64,000 nucleotides of DNA from Eledone cirrhosa (GCA_964016885.1 CAXHJY010000301.1:1-64000); one strand, 5' to 3'; positions 12,740-29,009 are shown, counted from the first letter of the stretch. The notes: generated by a model not told the origin, from the letters alone. Numbers and translations: made by a program.

Positions 12740-13911
12740 CTAGCAGAGGTACCTGGCGTTGCTCGGGTATTAAATAGCAGTTATGTATACCATTTATGTC
12801 AATACTTCAGTGCTGCTTCGAAAACTATACTTTTACAAAATCATCAGCTTTTTCCCAAAGGGGGTTCCTGCCCCCGGGTCCCCTACTCAATATGTGCCAA
12901 TTCACATTCATCTGTAGAACAAACGTAGCCCATGTGTCAAGTTTGAAAATCGGTTGCGAACTCCCAGAAGTTATGACGTTTTGTTGCATTGCACAGCAGT
13001 GCTTCAGTCGACTGCAAGGAAGCGGTTGAAAGGGGGTTATCTGCCGGGTTATCCTATATCTGGAAAAATGAAAGTGCCCATGACCATCCAGAGTACATAA
13101 GTAACCTATGTCTTAAGTTTGGTGAAAATACTGTAGAAATGTACGTGCGTGCGTGCGTGCATCCGTGTTTGTGTGTGTGTATGTATTTGTGTGTGCGTAT
13201 GTATGTGTATGTCTGTCGGGGCATACGTATGTACTGGCCTAAATCTTCACTATTTACTTTTACTATTTTAATAACGTCTGTCATTTTCGTTTTCAATTTT
13301 ATTTACATCATTCTTAAACTCTGGGGCTGGAAATCATTTGGTTATTTTAAATAGAATATTAGTCTAATGACTCCATTTATACCATAAACTTGGTCTTGTC
13401 TTTGCATGAAATTGTTATTCTCAGTCCACATAACGAGGTATTATCCTCACTTTTTTTTCCGTTCATGGCCTGGGAACGTCATCACGAACCAAAATATCGT
13501 CTTTCTGTTTTCCTTTGGTTGCAACGTTTCTTGAAATATTTACTTCTGCGTTCACAGATTAAATGTTTTAGTTTCAGAAGATCCCGTTAATGTTGAAAGC
13601 AGCGATTCTTTGCTTAAACTTTAATCTGTTCTTATAACAAATATATATATAGGGAGAGATGCTTTGTACGGCTTTTGGAGGAAGGAGTGACCAGCAGTTC
13701 GGTATTATTACGAAAAGTTGTAGCAGAGAATCTAACAGCTCAGGAGGAAACTGGTTATCTTGAAAATTCATTCGTCATCGTTCTTGTCAACGTTCCGTTT
13801 TTTTTGGTATTTGTTGGTCTACAGTTAGATGAATGGTGCACAAAAGGTTAATGTTTATTGGCAAGAAGTTTTTTGAATAATAAAAGACGGGTTAAAGCAA
13901 CCTACAATGTA

Positions 13912-13965
<54 letters not shown>

Positions 13966-14035
13966 CACACAGATATATATATATATGTATGTGTGTCTGC
14001 ATGCATATATATATATGTGTGTGTATGTATGTATG

Positions 14036-14072
<37 letters not shown>

Positions 14073-14512
14073 ATACATATATTTTTATGTGTATATTTAT
14101 ATGTGTGTATCTATATATGTGTATGTTTGTATATATATATATATATGTATATAAATGTGTGTGTATATGTATATGTGTATATATATATATATATGTATAT
14201 ATAAGTATATGTGTGTGTGTGAATGTAGCAAAGATAATACGTCAGCAATGACGTGTTCGTTAGAATGTCGTTATGCAGGAAGCCAGACATACAGACATAT
14301 ATTATAAGGGCTCGACGGCGATCGATAACCGGCGCCTAACACCCCTTTAACAACAGAAAATTGAAAAATAAAAGCTGCAGTTAGTATCTTTAGACCGCAA
14401 GGAATATATAAATGCAAGTTTGAAGTCAATCGGAGTAGAAATGTGGATTTGTATAGACTTTGCAAAAGTGAGGACACACACAGAGACAACTACAGTTTTA
14501 TATATATATAGA
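12740..14512 (-). mobile_element. Non-autonomous Helitron-like element (possibly composite)
   Basis: Minus strand: 5' TCtatatatatataaaa at 14512, 3' CTAG at 12740-12743 with GC-rich hairpin acctgg-cgttgc-tcgggt (12751-12768) just inside; internal microsatellites. Confidence 0.5.
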
Positions 14513-14536
14513 CTAGCAGAAACCCACCTCTGCTAG

Positions 14537-15049
14537 TCTATATATCTAAAACAGAGAATGTCTGTCTGTATGTCAGCTCACTAAAACTTGAGAACCATCC
14601 AACCGATTGTTTTCAAACTTTAGACATGTAATACTTATGGTCCTGTAAGTGTTTTGAGCAAAAATTATTTCAAATTTTCAATGCCCTAGGGACCGCATTA
14701 GGCGATTTAGCGTTCTCTCTATATAATTCTTAGTCTTTCTTTTTAGATAGATACATAGATATAACGTTGCGCCCTTATAATATGTCTGTATGTCTGGCTG
14801 TCTGCATTACGTCATTATGATGCGCTCAGCACGATTCCCTCGGCCTCAGTGACCAAAGTCAGTGGAGAGGGGAAGGTAATGTTTCTGTAGCACGTGTTTT
14901 AGCGTCTATTCACTCTCTCTCCCTCTCTCCCTCCTGCTATCCCCCTCTCGTAGTCTGTCTCTTTCTTTCACTCTCACTCTCTCTCTACGCACGTGTTTCC
15001 ACTGTTGGACAGACAGACAGAGAAATTGCTGGTTATATATATAAGTAGA
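14537..15049 (+). mobile_element. Related Helitron-like fragment(s)
   Basis: Starts TCtatatatctaaaa followed by (gtct)n; 14764-14815 is an inverted homolog of 14262-14317; another TC-type start on the minus strand at ~15049. Confidence 0.4.
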
Positions 15050-15139
15050 TATATATATAAAGAGAGAGAGAAGAAGAAGTAGGTCTATTCAATTATTCAA
15101 TAAGTTATGAGATAATTTCAGGAGAGATGTTATTTATTT

Positions 15140-15965
15140 TCCTAAGTTTACAAAACTTTGTCTCCTTCAAAATAATGAGTTATGCAGACATCTTTCCCAC
15201 TTCTGGAAGACTTCCCAGTCCTTTTGTAGACCCATCAGGAAATTCACTGATGCCTCCATTAGCTCCTGTTTTGGCTCGAATCTGATTCTTCTGAGGTTGA
15301 AGAAGTCACAAGGAACCAAGTCAGGGCTGTAGACTGGGTATTGTACCATTTATATAGGGAACCACCACTCTCCCCTGTTCCATTGCTGGGCCACTTCCTC
15401 TTCATCCTCTCCCTGAACCTTTTCAGAACTTCAAGGTAATATTTCTTATTCATGGTTTAGACCTCAGGAATCCATTCAACATGAATTAGTCCTTGGGAGT
15501 CAAAGAAAGGAATGACCATGGCCTCTCTTGTGACCTCTCTTGGGCTCATGTTTGTTCTCATGTGTATATCCAATTCTCGCCACAAGTCAGTGTAACATTC
15601 CATACAAAATTGCTTCTTGTTGGAGAGGATCTTTGGCATGAACTTGGCCGAAATTTTGTGGAGCTCTAGATCTTTGTTCAGAATTGTCTCCATTGTGCCA
15701 ATACTAATCCCAAGAGCTTCAGATATCATTCTCACAGTAGCTCGGCAGTCTTGCATCACTAACCTTCACACTTCATCAATGTATTCTTCTTTTATGCGCT
15801 GTTCAGTGCTCCAGATCTGTGCTCACCTGTTCATTTTTTTAGAAAATCATTTAAATCATTTGTGGAAACTTGCTTTGCTCATATCATCACCCCTCACATA
15901 GGCCTCCTATAACATTCCATAGGCTTCTTGTTTGGTTTTCTTAAGTTTAACATAAAATTTAGATA
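15140..15965 (-). pseudogene. Fragmented mariner (Mos1/SETMAR-like) transposase
   Basis: Frameshifted pieces RATVRMISEALGISIGT..ILNKDL..KISAKFMPKIL (HTH / WVPH-like), YYLEVLKRFRERMKRKWP and YSPDLVPCDFF (YSPDLAP.D motif). Confidence 0.85.
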
Positions 15966-16279
15966 TGTTACTATATCCGCTTTATGTCACCAACACAACA
16001 ACCATAAGTGCTTTTTGTCATTTTCTATGCTTGTCTGCATGGGTTGGGAAGGTGGTGTTGAAAACGAGAAATAAATATGAATGTTGTGGAAAGTTTAAAG
16101 TACAGTCAACAAGCTACGATATATGGGTGATGGTAGTGAAACAAGTATGTAGGTTGGGCAATGGGATGGTGAAGGTTGGTGCAGACTAGTCTCCTCTAGG
16201 TGTTTGATTAATCCTGTGATTATATATATTTATGGATACACACACACATTTATATATATATATATATATATATACACAT

Positions 16280-17110
16280 GCATGACCAAGTTAGCAGTGG
16301 AGGTGGATGTTCTGAAAGTACAGTAGCCAGAGTAAGAATGGGATGAAAAATGTTCAGGGAGCTACTACCGCTGCTAGCTACAAAAGGATTTTCCCTCAAA
16401 ATGAAGGGCAGATTGTCTGACACGTGTATACAAACAGCAATGTTACATGGTAGTGAAACCTGGGCACTGTGTGCAGAGGACCTGCATAGATTGGAAATAA
16501 ATGAAGTTTCCATGCTTCGATGGATGTTTAATAGTAATATACATTAATGGCAAAGCATAAATGAATAGCAAGAAAAATTGGGTATATGAGGGATCAGATG
16601 CAGTGTGCAGGAGAGGAGACTGCATTGGTATGGACAAAGGTGCAGGGCATTCAAAGCTGATGGAATCTATGAAGTAGGAAGACCTAAGAAAACTTTGGAT
16701 GAGGTAATAAAAGCCGACCTTGCAGAATTGCACCCCCCAAAGGCGATGACAAGGATCGAAATCTCTGGCATTATGCAGTAATACAGAAGACTCACTTTCC
16801 CATTTGTACAGGTTGAAGCATACATCTCGTATGCTTTACTTTCCCTGACATACACCTCCTACATTCTAACACACCATCCTTCATCCACACCTCCCCACTT
16901 GATCTACCTCTCCAATCCCCATGCATCTCCCCCACTCCACCTCACAGTCAGCACTGTAAAATGGTTGTTTTGGTGCCACAACAAAAAGCACTGTAATGTG
17001 GTCGTGTAGGTATCACGACTAAAACACCCTGTCCACACAAGGACATCCAGCCATAGAAACCAAGCCCAAATCAGTTCTGTATAAGCAAAACGTGGTCACC
17101 TGACCTGGCA
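16280..17110 (+). mobile_element. Old RTE LINE 3' fragment
   Basis: ORF 16350-16547 [31 protein letters not shown], followed by a degraded 3' UTR. Confidence 0.85.
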
Positions 17111-17741
17111 TTACTCACATATATATATACACACCTGTGTGTATGTGCATTTAAAAATACCATAGTATCTAATACATTCAAGCATTAATTGAATGAGCAT
17201 TCTATACTGGTGAGTAGAGTGTAGAAATCTATTATTATACTGTTCAACCCATACAGTATGGAAAATCATCATCATCATCATCACTGTTAAACATCTATTT
17301 TTCCATGCTTGCATTGGGTTAGTTGAGTTATCATGTTATAAAACATTTCATGTCAGGTGACCTTGTTTTATCCATGCAGATTTGTATTTTGGCTTGGTTT
17401 CTACGACTGGATTCCCTTCCTAATGCCAACCACATCTACAGTGTTGGCTGGGTGTTTTTTATCTTGTCACCAGCATGCCCACCTTATAGTGTGAACTAAG
17501 TGCTTTTTATCATGGCATCAAAACAACCAGCTTACAATGTGGACTGGGTGCTTTTTGTTGTGTCACATACATGATCACCTTACAGGGTGGACTGGGTTCT
17601 TTATCATGTCACCAACACGACCATCTTACAGGAATGATGGCCTGGGTGCTTTGCTGTTATTATACCAGATCACCATATGGGGTGGACATTTAACATTTTT
17701 AAAAATTAATAATGATTAATGTATTGTACATTCTATTTCAG

Positions 17742-17908
17742 TTGTGTCCATAAGAAATACCTCTACTCGTTACCCAATGCTAGCGTGGTTATACCCTTCC
17801 ATAATGAGCACTGGTCGACTTTATTAAGGACTGTCTACAGTGTGTTAAACAGGTCTCCGAAACATTTAATCCATGAGGTTATTCTAGTGGATGATTTCAG
17901 CAATAAGG
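17742..17908 (+). CDS. GALNT10: GALNT10-like exon, start of the GT-A catalytic domain
   Basis: tttcag| acceptor, |gttagt donor; [55 protein letters not shown] is the canonical GALNT FHNE..STLLRT..S / LVDD.S motif. Confidence 0.95.
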
Positions 17909-18390
17909 GTTAGTGCTTGTTTTGTTATTTCTCTCTCTCGCTCTCTAAATCTCTAGAGCTCTATTTCTAAATCTATTTTTCACTCTAACTCTCTCTCTAG
18001 ATCTCTTTCTCTCTCACTCACTCACTCTCTCTCTCTCTAACTCTCCATCTCTCTATCTAGATCTCCTCTCTAAATATCACTCTTTTTCCATCTCTGTCTC
18101 TCTAAATCTCTCTCTTGGTAAATTTCACTCTCTCTTTTCCTTTTTTTGTCTTTCTTTGTCTCTGGTTTATCTTCATTACCACTACCATTATCATTATCAA
18201 ACAGATGTTAATGATGATGATGATTTGTCATCGTTGTAGTTTAATGTCTATTTCTCCATGCTTGCATGGCTTAGACAGTTTGTCACATTATGAGACAAGT
18301 CAGGTTAGTTCACCAAGTCTTGCTCAAATGGTGTACATGATAGTATATACACATGTATATGTAATTATGTATGTATATGTATAATATATA

Positions 18391-18963
18391 TCATCATCAT
18401 CATCATTTAACGTCCATGTTCCACGCTTGCATGGGTTTGGACGGGAGTTTTCCCACTTGCGGCAAGAGTGGTTGCCATTGCTCGCATAGGACTGTCTGGC
18501 GGGTTTTCTACAGCTGGATGCCCTTCCTAACACCAACCACATTTACAGTGTGGGGCTGGGAGGTTTTTACCGTGTTACCTACACGGCCACATTACAGCGT
18601 GGACTGTGTGTATTTTTGTCGTGACATCTACACGATCGCATTTGTTTCGGCCTGGATGTTGTGGCACCAACATAACTTTACATTGAAAGGGGCGGTGTGG
18701 ATGGGGTGGGGGTGGTGGGGCGGGGGTGTATTTTGTTAGAGATGCCTACTGACTGTAGTAGGTTTTACTTTGTATTTAGGTAAGGCGGGTCTTCTCTATT
18801 ACTGAGTACCGCCAAAGGTCTCGGTCCAGTGACATTGTCTTGGAGAGGTGTAAGTGTGTGAGGTCGGAATTTATCAGGTCGTCCCAGGTTTTTCTGGGTC
18901 TGCCTACTCCGTGGCTACCGTCTATCTTTATTGCCCTGCACTTTGTTATACAGCTGTCGTCTT
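18391..18963 (-). mobile_element. RTE LINE family A', 5'-truncated
   Basis: (CAT)n tail, 3' UTR and ORF end; close to the 53795-56179 copy. Confidence 0.9.
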
Positions 18964-19003
18964 ATATATATATGTATAATATATATATATGTATGTATGT
19001 ATA

Positions 19004-19662
19004 TCATCATCATCATCATCATCAACGTTTAACGTCCGTGTTCCACGCTTGCATGGGTTTGGACGGGGGTAGTCCCACTTGAGGCAAGAGTGATTGTCTT
19101 GCTCGCATAGGACTGTCTGGCAGGTTTTCTACAGTTGGATGCCCTTCCTAACACCAACTACATTTACAGTGTGGGTCTGGGAGGTTTTTACCGTGTTGCC
19201 TACACGGCCACATTACAGCGTGGACTGTGTGTTTTTTTGTCGTGACACCTACACGATCTCATTTGTTTCGGCCTCGATGGCGCGGCACCAACATAACTTT
19301 ACATAGAACGGGGTGGGGGTGGTGGTGGTGGTGGGACGGGGTGTATTTTGTTAGAGATGCATACTGGCTGGAGTAGGTTTTACTATATATTTAGGTAAGG
19401 CGGGTCTTCTCTGTTACTGAGTACCGCCAAAGGTCTCGGTCCAGTGACATTGTCTTGGAGAGGTGTAAGTGTGTGATGTCGGAGTTTATCAGCTCGTCCC
19501 AGGTTTTTCTAGGTCTGCCTATTCCGTGACTACCGTCTATCTTTATTGCCCTGCACTTTGTTATACAGCTATCGACTTTCATGCGCATCACGTGTCCATA
19601 CCAACGTAGCCTTCTCTCGAGTAAACAACATCTGATCCCTCTTATCTCTAATTTTTTCCTTA
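19004..19662 (-). mobile_element. RTE LINE family A, 5'-truncated
   Basis: Near-identical to the copies at 24651 and 52087; ORF end [14 protein letters not shown]. Confidence 0.93.
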
Positions 19663-19788
19663 TATATATGTATATATATATGTATGTATGTATATATATA
19701 TGTATATATATATGTATGTATGTATATATATATGTATATATATATATATGTATGTATGTATATGTATATATATATATATGTATGTATG

Positions 19789-19863
<75 letters not shown>

Positions 19864-19874
19864 GTATATATATG

Positions 19875-19905
<31 letters not shown>

Positions 19906-19910
19906 GTATA

Positions 19911-19941
<31 letters not shown>

Positions 19942-20107
19942 TGTATATATGTATGTATGTATATATATATGTATGTATGTATATATATATGTATATATGT
20001 ATGTATGTATGTATATATATATATATGTATATATGTATGTATGTATATATATATGTATGTATGTATATATATATGTATATATGTATGTATGTATGTATAT
20101 ATATATG

Positions 20108-20138
<31 letters not shown>

Positions 20139-20279
20139 ATATATATATATGTATATATGTATGTATGTATATATGTATGTATGTATATATGTATGTATGT
20201 ATATATGTATGTATGTATATATATATATATGTATATATGTATGTATGTATATATGTATGTATATATATATATATGTATG

Positions 20280-20334
<55 letters not shown>

Positions 20335-20337
20335 GTG

Positions 20338-20392
<55 letters not shown>

Positions 20393-20404
20393 ATATATAT
20401 ATAT

Positions 20405-20436
<32 letters not shown>

Positions 20437-20452
20437 GTGTATATATATATAT

Positions 20453-20518
<66 letters not shown>

Positions 20519-20519
20519 G
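19663..20519. repeat. (TA)n/(TATG)n microsatellite array
   Basis: Directly visible. Similar arrays at 22651-23025, 53477-53794, 56180-56689 and 46135-46685. Confidence 0.97.
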
Positions 20520-22650
20520 TGCAAAACACACCCCATTAAGAACTATAAACAAATCTAAGAGCAGAATCCCTAGAAATAGAAAAACGCTCATCAGAAAAAT
20601 TAAGAGAACGAACAAAAAAATCAACAAGCTGAAATACTGTCAACAACAACACATCAACTTGACTGCCATTTCATCACTAGAGATTAAAAAACATAACCTC
20701 CAAAACAACATAATGTCTCATCAACAATCAGAGAAGAGCTGAAGAGGCCTGGGCCATTGAGAAGATCAAACTCAATCCCAAAGTGTTCTTTTCATTTGCA
20801 AAAAAACACAAAATCACTGGCTCTACTGTTGGCCCTCTAATTGATGAAAATAGCACTCTTCAAGACAATGCTAAAACCATGGGTGAGATACTGCAGAAAC
20901 AATACTGCTCTGTTTTCAGCAATCCTGATATGGCCGATCTGGGCTGTATCGGCGATGTTACTCCCCATTACACCTTATCGGACATAACGTTTGGCGCCCC
21001 TGATGTCTTAGCGGCAATAAAGGAAATCAAGCATAATTCAGCAGTAGGTCCCGATAGGTTCCCTGCTTGTGTCTTGAAGGCGTGTCAACACCAACTTGCA
21101 TCTCCTCTTGCCAATCTGTAGCGGAACTCATTGGATGCTGAATATGTGCCAGAAAACCTTCTATCCCAGTCTGTTGTCCCAGTTTTCAAAAAAGGAAACA
21201 AATCCCTTGCCGTGAATTACCGTCCAATCTCACTCACCTCTCATATCATTAAGGTATTTGAGAGAGTGGTGAGATCGCGAATGACCCACTTGCTTGAGAG
21301 TAACAATATGCTGAACTCCAACCAGCATGGATTCCGTAATGGAAGGGATTGCCTGACGCAACTACTGCATCACTTTGATGACATTTTGAGAGCCTTGGGA
21401 GAGGGTTCCAACACTGATGTTATCTACCTTGATTTCAGCAAGGCCTTTGACAGGGTTGATCATAACATTCTACTGAGAAAACTGTCCAATATTGGTGTCA
21501 CTGGAAAGCTGCTGCAGTGGATCAAGAGCTTCCTGTCAAACAGAACCCAACATGTTGTAGTTGAAGGAGTCAAATCCAGCCCAGCCAAAGTCAGTAGTGG
21601 GGTCCCACAAGGCACTGTGTTGGGCCCACTTCTCTTCATCATCTATATTAATGACATCACTGACATCATCAAACACAGCAACATTGAAATTTTCGCTGAT
21701 GATTCCAAGCTCCAAAAGGTCATCAATGGCGTGGATGATGGGATAAGCCTTCAGTCAGACCTACTGGCTGTTACCCAATGGGCGGAAAAGAACAACATGT
21801 TACTGAACGAAGACAAATTCGAACTGATCCACTTTGGAAAAGAGGATGCTCTGAAACTCCCGTACTCCCTTCCCTCCGGGGAAACTCTCGTGGCATCTAA
21901 CAACATCAGAGACTTGGGAGTAACCGTGGACAGCAACATAAGCTGGGCCACGCATATAAGCAGCAAAGTTGACATGGCCCGCAGAATGTGTTCCTGGATC
22001 CTCAGAACCTTCCAGTCGAGAGATTCCCACACCATTATCCTTCTCTTCTCTACTTTTGCCCGACCACACCTTGAATACTGTTGTCCACTGTGGTCTCCCC
22101 ACACGAAACAAAGTATGAAACTTGAAGCTCCTCAAAGGGCAATCACGAAAAAGATAGATGGCATGTCAGACCTTGACTACTGGGGTCGACTAGAAAAGCT
22201 GAAACTTTACTCACTCCAACGTCGCCGTGAGCGTTATATTATCTGCATGATGTGGAAAATGTTCCATCATCACTGCCCAAATGATGTTGGCATCGCCTTC
22301 AAGATACACCCAAGGCTTGGGCCCCGTGCTATCCGTCTAAATCGCAACTCATAACAACAATACGGCACAATTATTTCACCTCAATCGGCCCTGCTCTCTT
22401 CAACATCACACCAGGACACGTCAAAACAGAAACTGACCACACAAAATTCAAGAAGTCTTTGGACAAATTCCTCCAAGTAATCCCGGACAAACCACCCACA
22501 CCCGGATATGTCTCCACAAACAGTAATTCTCTTCTCGAATGGGCCATGGTGCCCAAATCCTGAATTGAAAGACTTCGCCAGGTGGTGCTATTAAGTTAGA
22601 CATGGCCTGGGCCAATACTGGCCAAAACATTTCAAAGTTATTCAAAGTTA
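20520..22650 (+). mobile_element. CR1/L2-group LINE, 5'-truncated ORF2 (RT) with stops
   Basis: NYRPISLTS, QHGFR, YLDFSKAFDRVDH, SGVPQGTVLGPLLF and FADD motifs in ORF 21131-22354; disruptions at ~20740, ~21119 and ~22352; 3' tail (ttcaaagtta)x2. Confidence 0.92.
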
Positions 22651-22678
22651 TATATATATATATATGTATATATATATG

Positions 22679-22767
<89 letters not shown>

Positions 22768-22838
22768 ATATATATATATATATGTATATATATGTATATA
22801 TGTATATATATATGTATAAATATATATATGTATATATG

Positions 22839-22907
<69 letters not shown>

Positions 22908-22954
22908 GTATATATATGTATATATGTATATATATATGTATAAATATATATATG

Positions 22955-23025
<71 letters not shown>

Positions 23026-23179
23026 TTAATGCTCTGAAATAGCGATATATATGTGAAGACAAACATAGAATATTCGAAAATATTCTGTATGTTTATAATA
23101 AACATTTTGAAGACCTAATCGCTATAGAATAGAATACGTCACGTATTACAATTTGAGATTCTCGATAAAAGCAAGGGAA

Positions 23180-23222
23180 GTAACCTACGCGTTTCATTCT
23201 TATTAGAAATCATCAGGATTAC
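23180..23222 (-). ncRNA. Type I hammerhead ribozyme (family 1, copy 1)
   Basis: Minus strand: GUAAUC CUGAUGA uUUCU-aaua-AGAAu GAA AC-gc-GU A GGUUAC; GUA cleavage triplet. Confidence 0.85.
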
Positions 23223-23491
23223 ATATCCAGTGCTTTTATCGAGAATGACACAGCTAGAGACTTATAGAATACTTAGCTGTGTACAGGAACTGGTTTGAAA
23301 GAGCAGTTGCCGGTCCGGCAGAAATTAGAATTTGGATTTAATGCTCTGAAATAGCGATATATATGTGAAGACAAACATAGAATATTCGAAAATATTCTGT
23401 ATGTTTATAATAAACATTTTGAAGACCTAATCGCTATAGAATAGAATACGTCACGTATTACAATTTGAGATTCTCGATAAAAGCAAGGGAA

Positions 23492-23534
23492 GTAACCTAC
23501 GCGTTTCATTCTTATTAGAAATCATCAGGATTAC
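23492..23534 (-). ncRNA. Type I hammerhead ribozyme (family 1, copy 2)
   Basis: Same motif as 23180-23222. Confidence 0.85.
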
Positions 23535-23803
23535 ATATCCAGTGCTTTTATCGAGAATGACACAGCTAGAGACTTATAGAATACTTAGCTGTGTACAGGA
23601 ACTGGTTTGAAAGAGCGGTTGCCGGTCCGGCAGAAATTAGAATTTGGATTTAATGCTCTGAAATAGCGATATATATGTGAAGACAAACATAGAATATTCG
23701 AAAATATTCTGTATGTTTATAATAAACATTTTGAAGACCTAATCGCTATAGAATAGAATACGTCACGTATTACAATTTGAGATTCTCGATAAAAGCAAGG
23801 GAA

Positions 23804-23846
23804 GTAACCTACGTGTTTCATTCTTATTAGAAATCATCAGGATTAC
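23804..23846 (-). ncRNA. Type I hammerhead ribozyme (family 1, copy 3; stem III ACACGU)
   Basis: Same motif with one substitution that breaks the ACGCGU palindrome. Confidence 0.75.
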
Positions 23847-23999
23847 ATATCCAGTGCTTTTATCGAGAATGACACAGCTAGAGACTTATAGAATACTTAG
23901 CTGTGTACAAGAACTGGTTTGAAAGAGCGGTTGCCGGTCCGGCAGAAATTAGAATTTGGATTTAATGCTCTGAAATAGCGATATATATGTGAAGATATG

Positions 24000-24030
<31 letters not shown>

Positions 24031-24032
<2 letters not shown>

Positions 24033-24088
24033 GTAAGTATGTATGTATACGTACATACATATATGTATACAGACGTACAGTAGCATGC

Positions 24089-24121
<33 letters not shown>

Positions 24122-24372
24122 TACATACAGGTACACATACATATATGTACGTATCAGTTTAGCGGACACTTATTATAACGCCCACTTTGTCCGTTTGTAA
24201 ACAAACTGACAGCCTGAATTTATGCCGTACAGTGTTAAGGCAACCACGTCACCTTTTTGTTCAACACTGACACAGGAACGATGTACTAGTTTCAAGCTTG
24301 TTAGCTATCATCAGCACCGTATACCCTTCTGCCAGATGGTTGAACGTTCGAACGTATGTGTACCTGTATGTA

Positions 24373-24405
<33 letters not shown>

Positions 24406-24523
24406 GCATGCTACTGTATGTCTGTATACATATATGTATGTACGTATACATACATACTTACATTTAAGTAAGTGCCGTACTAAGAGTGAGAAATGAAATT
24501 TCGTTTTCATTTGATTACAACTT
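24031..24523. mobile_element. Small fold-back element with 110-bp inverted arms, a hammerhead and a one-sided tail
   Basis: Arms 24031-24140 and 24354-24463; unique tail 24464-24523. Confidence 0.7.
24279..24319 (-). ncRNA. Type I hammerhead ribozyme (family 2)
   Basis: CGGUG CUGAUGA uAGCU-aaca-AGCUu GAA AC-ua-GU A CAUCG. Confidence 0.85.
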
Positions 24524-24534
24524 ATATATATATG

Positions 24535-24650
<116 letters not shown>

Positions 24651-26102
24651 TCATCATCATCATCATCATCAACGTTTAACGTCCGTGTTCCACGCTTGCA
24701 TGGGTTTGGACGGGGGTAGTCCCACTTGAGGCAAGAGTGATTGTCTTGCTCGCATAGGACTGTCTGGCAGGTTTTCTACAGTTGGATGCCCTTCCTAACA
24801 CCAACCACATTTACAGTGTGGGTCTGGGAGGTTTTTACCGTGTTGCCTACACGGCCACATTACAGCGTGGACTGTGTGTTTTTTTGTCGTGACACCTACA
24901 CGATCTCATTTGTTTCGGCCTCGATGGCGCGACACCAACACAACTTTACATAGAACGGGGTGGTGTGGATGGGGTGGGGGTGGGGGTGGTAGGACGGGGT
25001 GTATTTTGTTAGAGATGCCTACTGGCTGGAGTAGGTTTTACTATATATTTAGGTAAGGCGGGTCTTCTCTGTTACTGAGTACCGCCAAAGGTCTCGGTCC
25101 AGTGACATTGTCTTGGAGAGGTGTAAGTGTGTGATGTCGGAGTTTATCAGCTCGTCCCAGGTTTTTCTAGGTCTGCCTATTCCGTGACTACCGTCTATCT
25201 TTATTGCCCTGCACTTTGTTATACAGCTATCGACTTTCATGCGCATCACGTGTCCATACCAACGTAGCCTTCTCTCGAGTAAACAACATCTGATCCCTCT
25301 TATCTCTAATTTTTTCCTTAGTTCGTTTATGCTTTGCCGTTCACGTATATTACTGTTACACATCCAGCGGAGCATGCAAGCTTCGTTCCTCTCTAGTCTG
25401 CGTATATCCTCTGCACACAATGCCCAGGTCTCACTGCCATGCAGCATTGCTGTTCGTATGCAGGCATCGTACAACCTGCCTTTCATTTTTAGTGAGAACC
25501 CTTTAGCAGCTAATAGTGGTATAAGCTCTCTGAACTTTTTCCAACCAGTTCTGACTCTAGCTACAGTACTTTCAGAGCACCCTCCCCCACTGCTGATTTT
25601 ATCGCCCAGGTAACTGAAGCTGTCCACTATTTCTATAGAACCCTCTGCGCAATTGAAAGAGCTAGTAGTTTGTGGGCACTTGCTGCTACTTATTGCACCA
25701 GAGCACCGGCCACATGTAAAATCTATGTTCTTAGTTAGCTTACCTGTGATCCCACTACATCTTTTATGCACCCATACTTTGCATTTAGGACATAAAATGG
25801 AGTTTCTACCTACGCCTTTCCTACACACCGAGCACGACCATTTCCCAGAAGGGACCGCCGCCTTGTTTTCTTTCCTACAAACTAGTACTTTGGTCTTAGC
25901 CAGGTTAATTTTAAGTCCTTTTGACTCAAGGCCGTGCTTCCATGTTTGGAATTTCTTCTCTAGCTCGGCCATTGATTCCGCTATGAGTGTCAGGTCGTCT
26001 ACGTATAGGAGTTCCCATGGGCAGCCTGTCTTGAACTCCTCTGTTATAGCCTGAAGGGCAATAATAAATAGTAGTGGGCTGAGAACAGAGCCCTGATGGA
26101 CA
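24651..26102 (-). mobile_element. RTE LINE family A, 5'-truncated
   Basis: ORF 25049-25972; catalytic motif reads YVDD here; (CAT)n tail. Confidence 0.95.
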
Positions 26103-28871
<2,769 letters not shown>

Positions 28872-29009
28872 ATTAGAAAGTGAGGTTTTTTTTACAAAAT
28901 GAAAAATAACCGAGGTGTCCTACACGAGTGGAAGTATAAAGAAAAAGGGATGAAATCGAAAATGCAACTGAAGTCTTATTTTTTTAAAAATATATATATT
29001 TATTTGATT

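Larger units (their letters stand above)
23026..23995 (-). repeat. 312-bp tandem repeat x3.1, one hammerhead per unit (non-LTR retrozyme-like)
   Basis: Anchor gctctgaaat at 23031, 23343, 23655 and 23967; no long ORF. Confidence 0.9.

Noticed and set aside
23026-23995. CRISPR-like array (also considered for 37640-38077)
   Set aside because: Units repeat in full with no unique spacers, there are no cas genes, and the context is eukaryotic.
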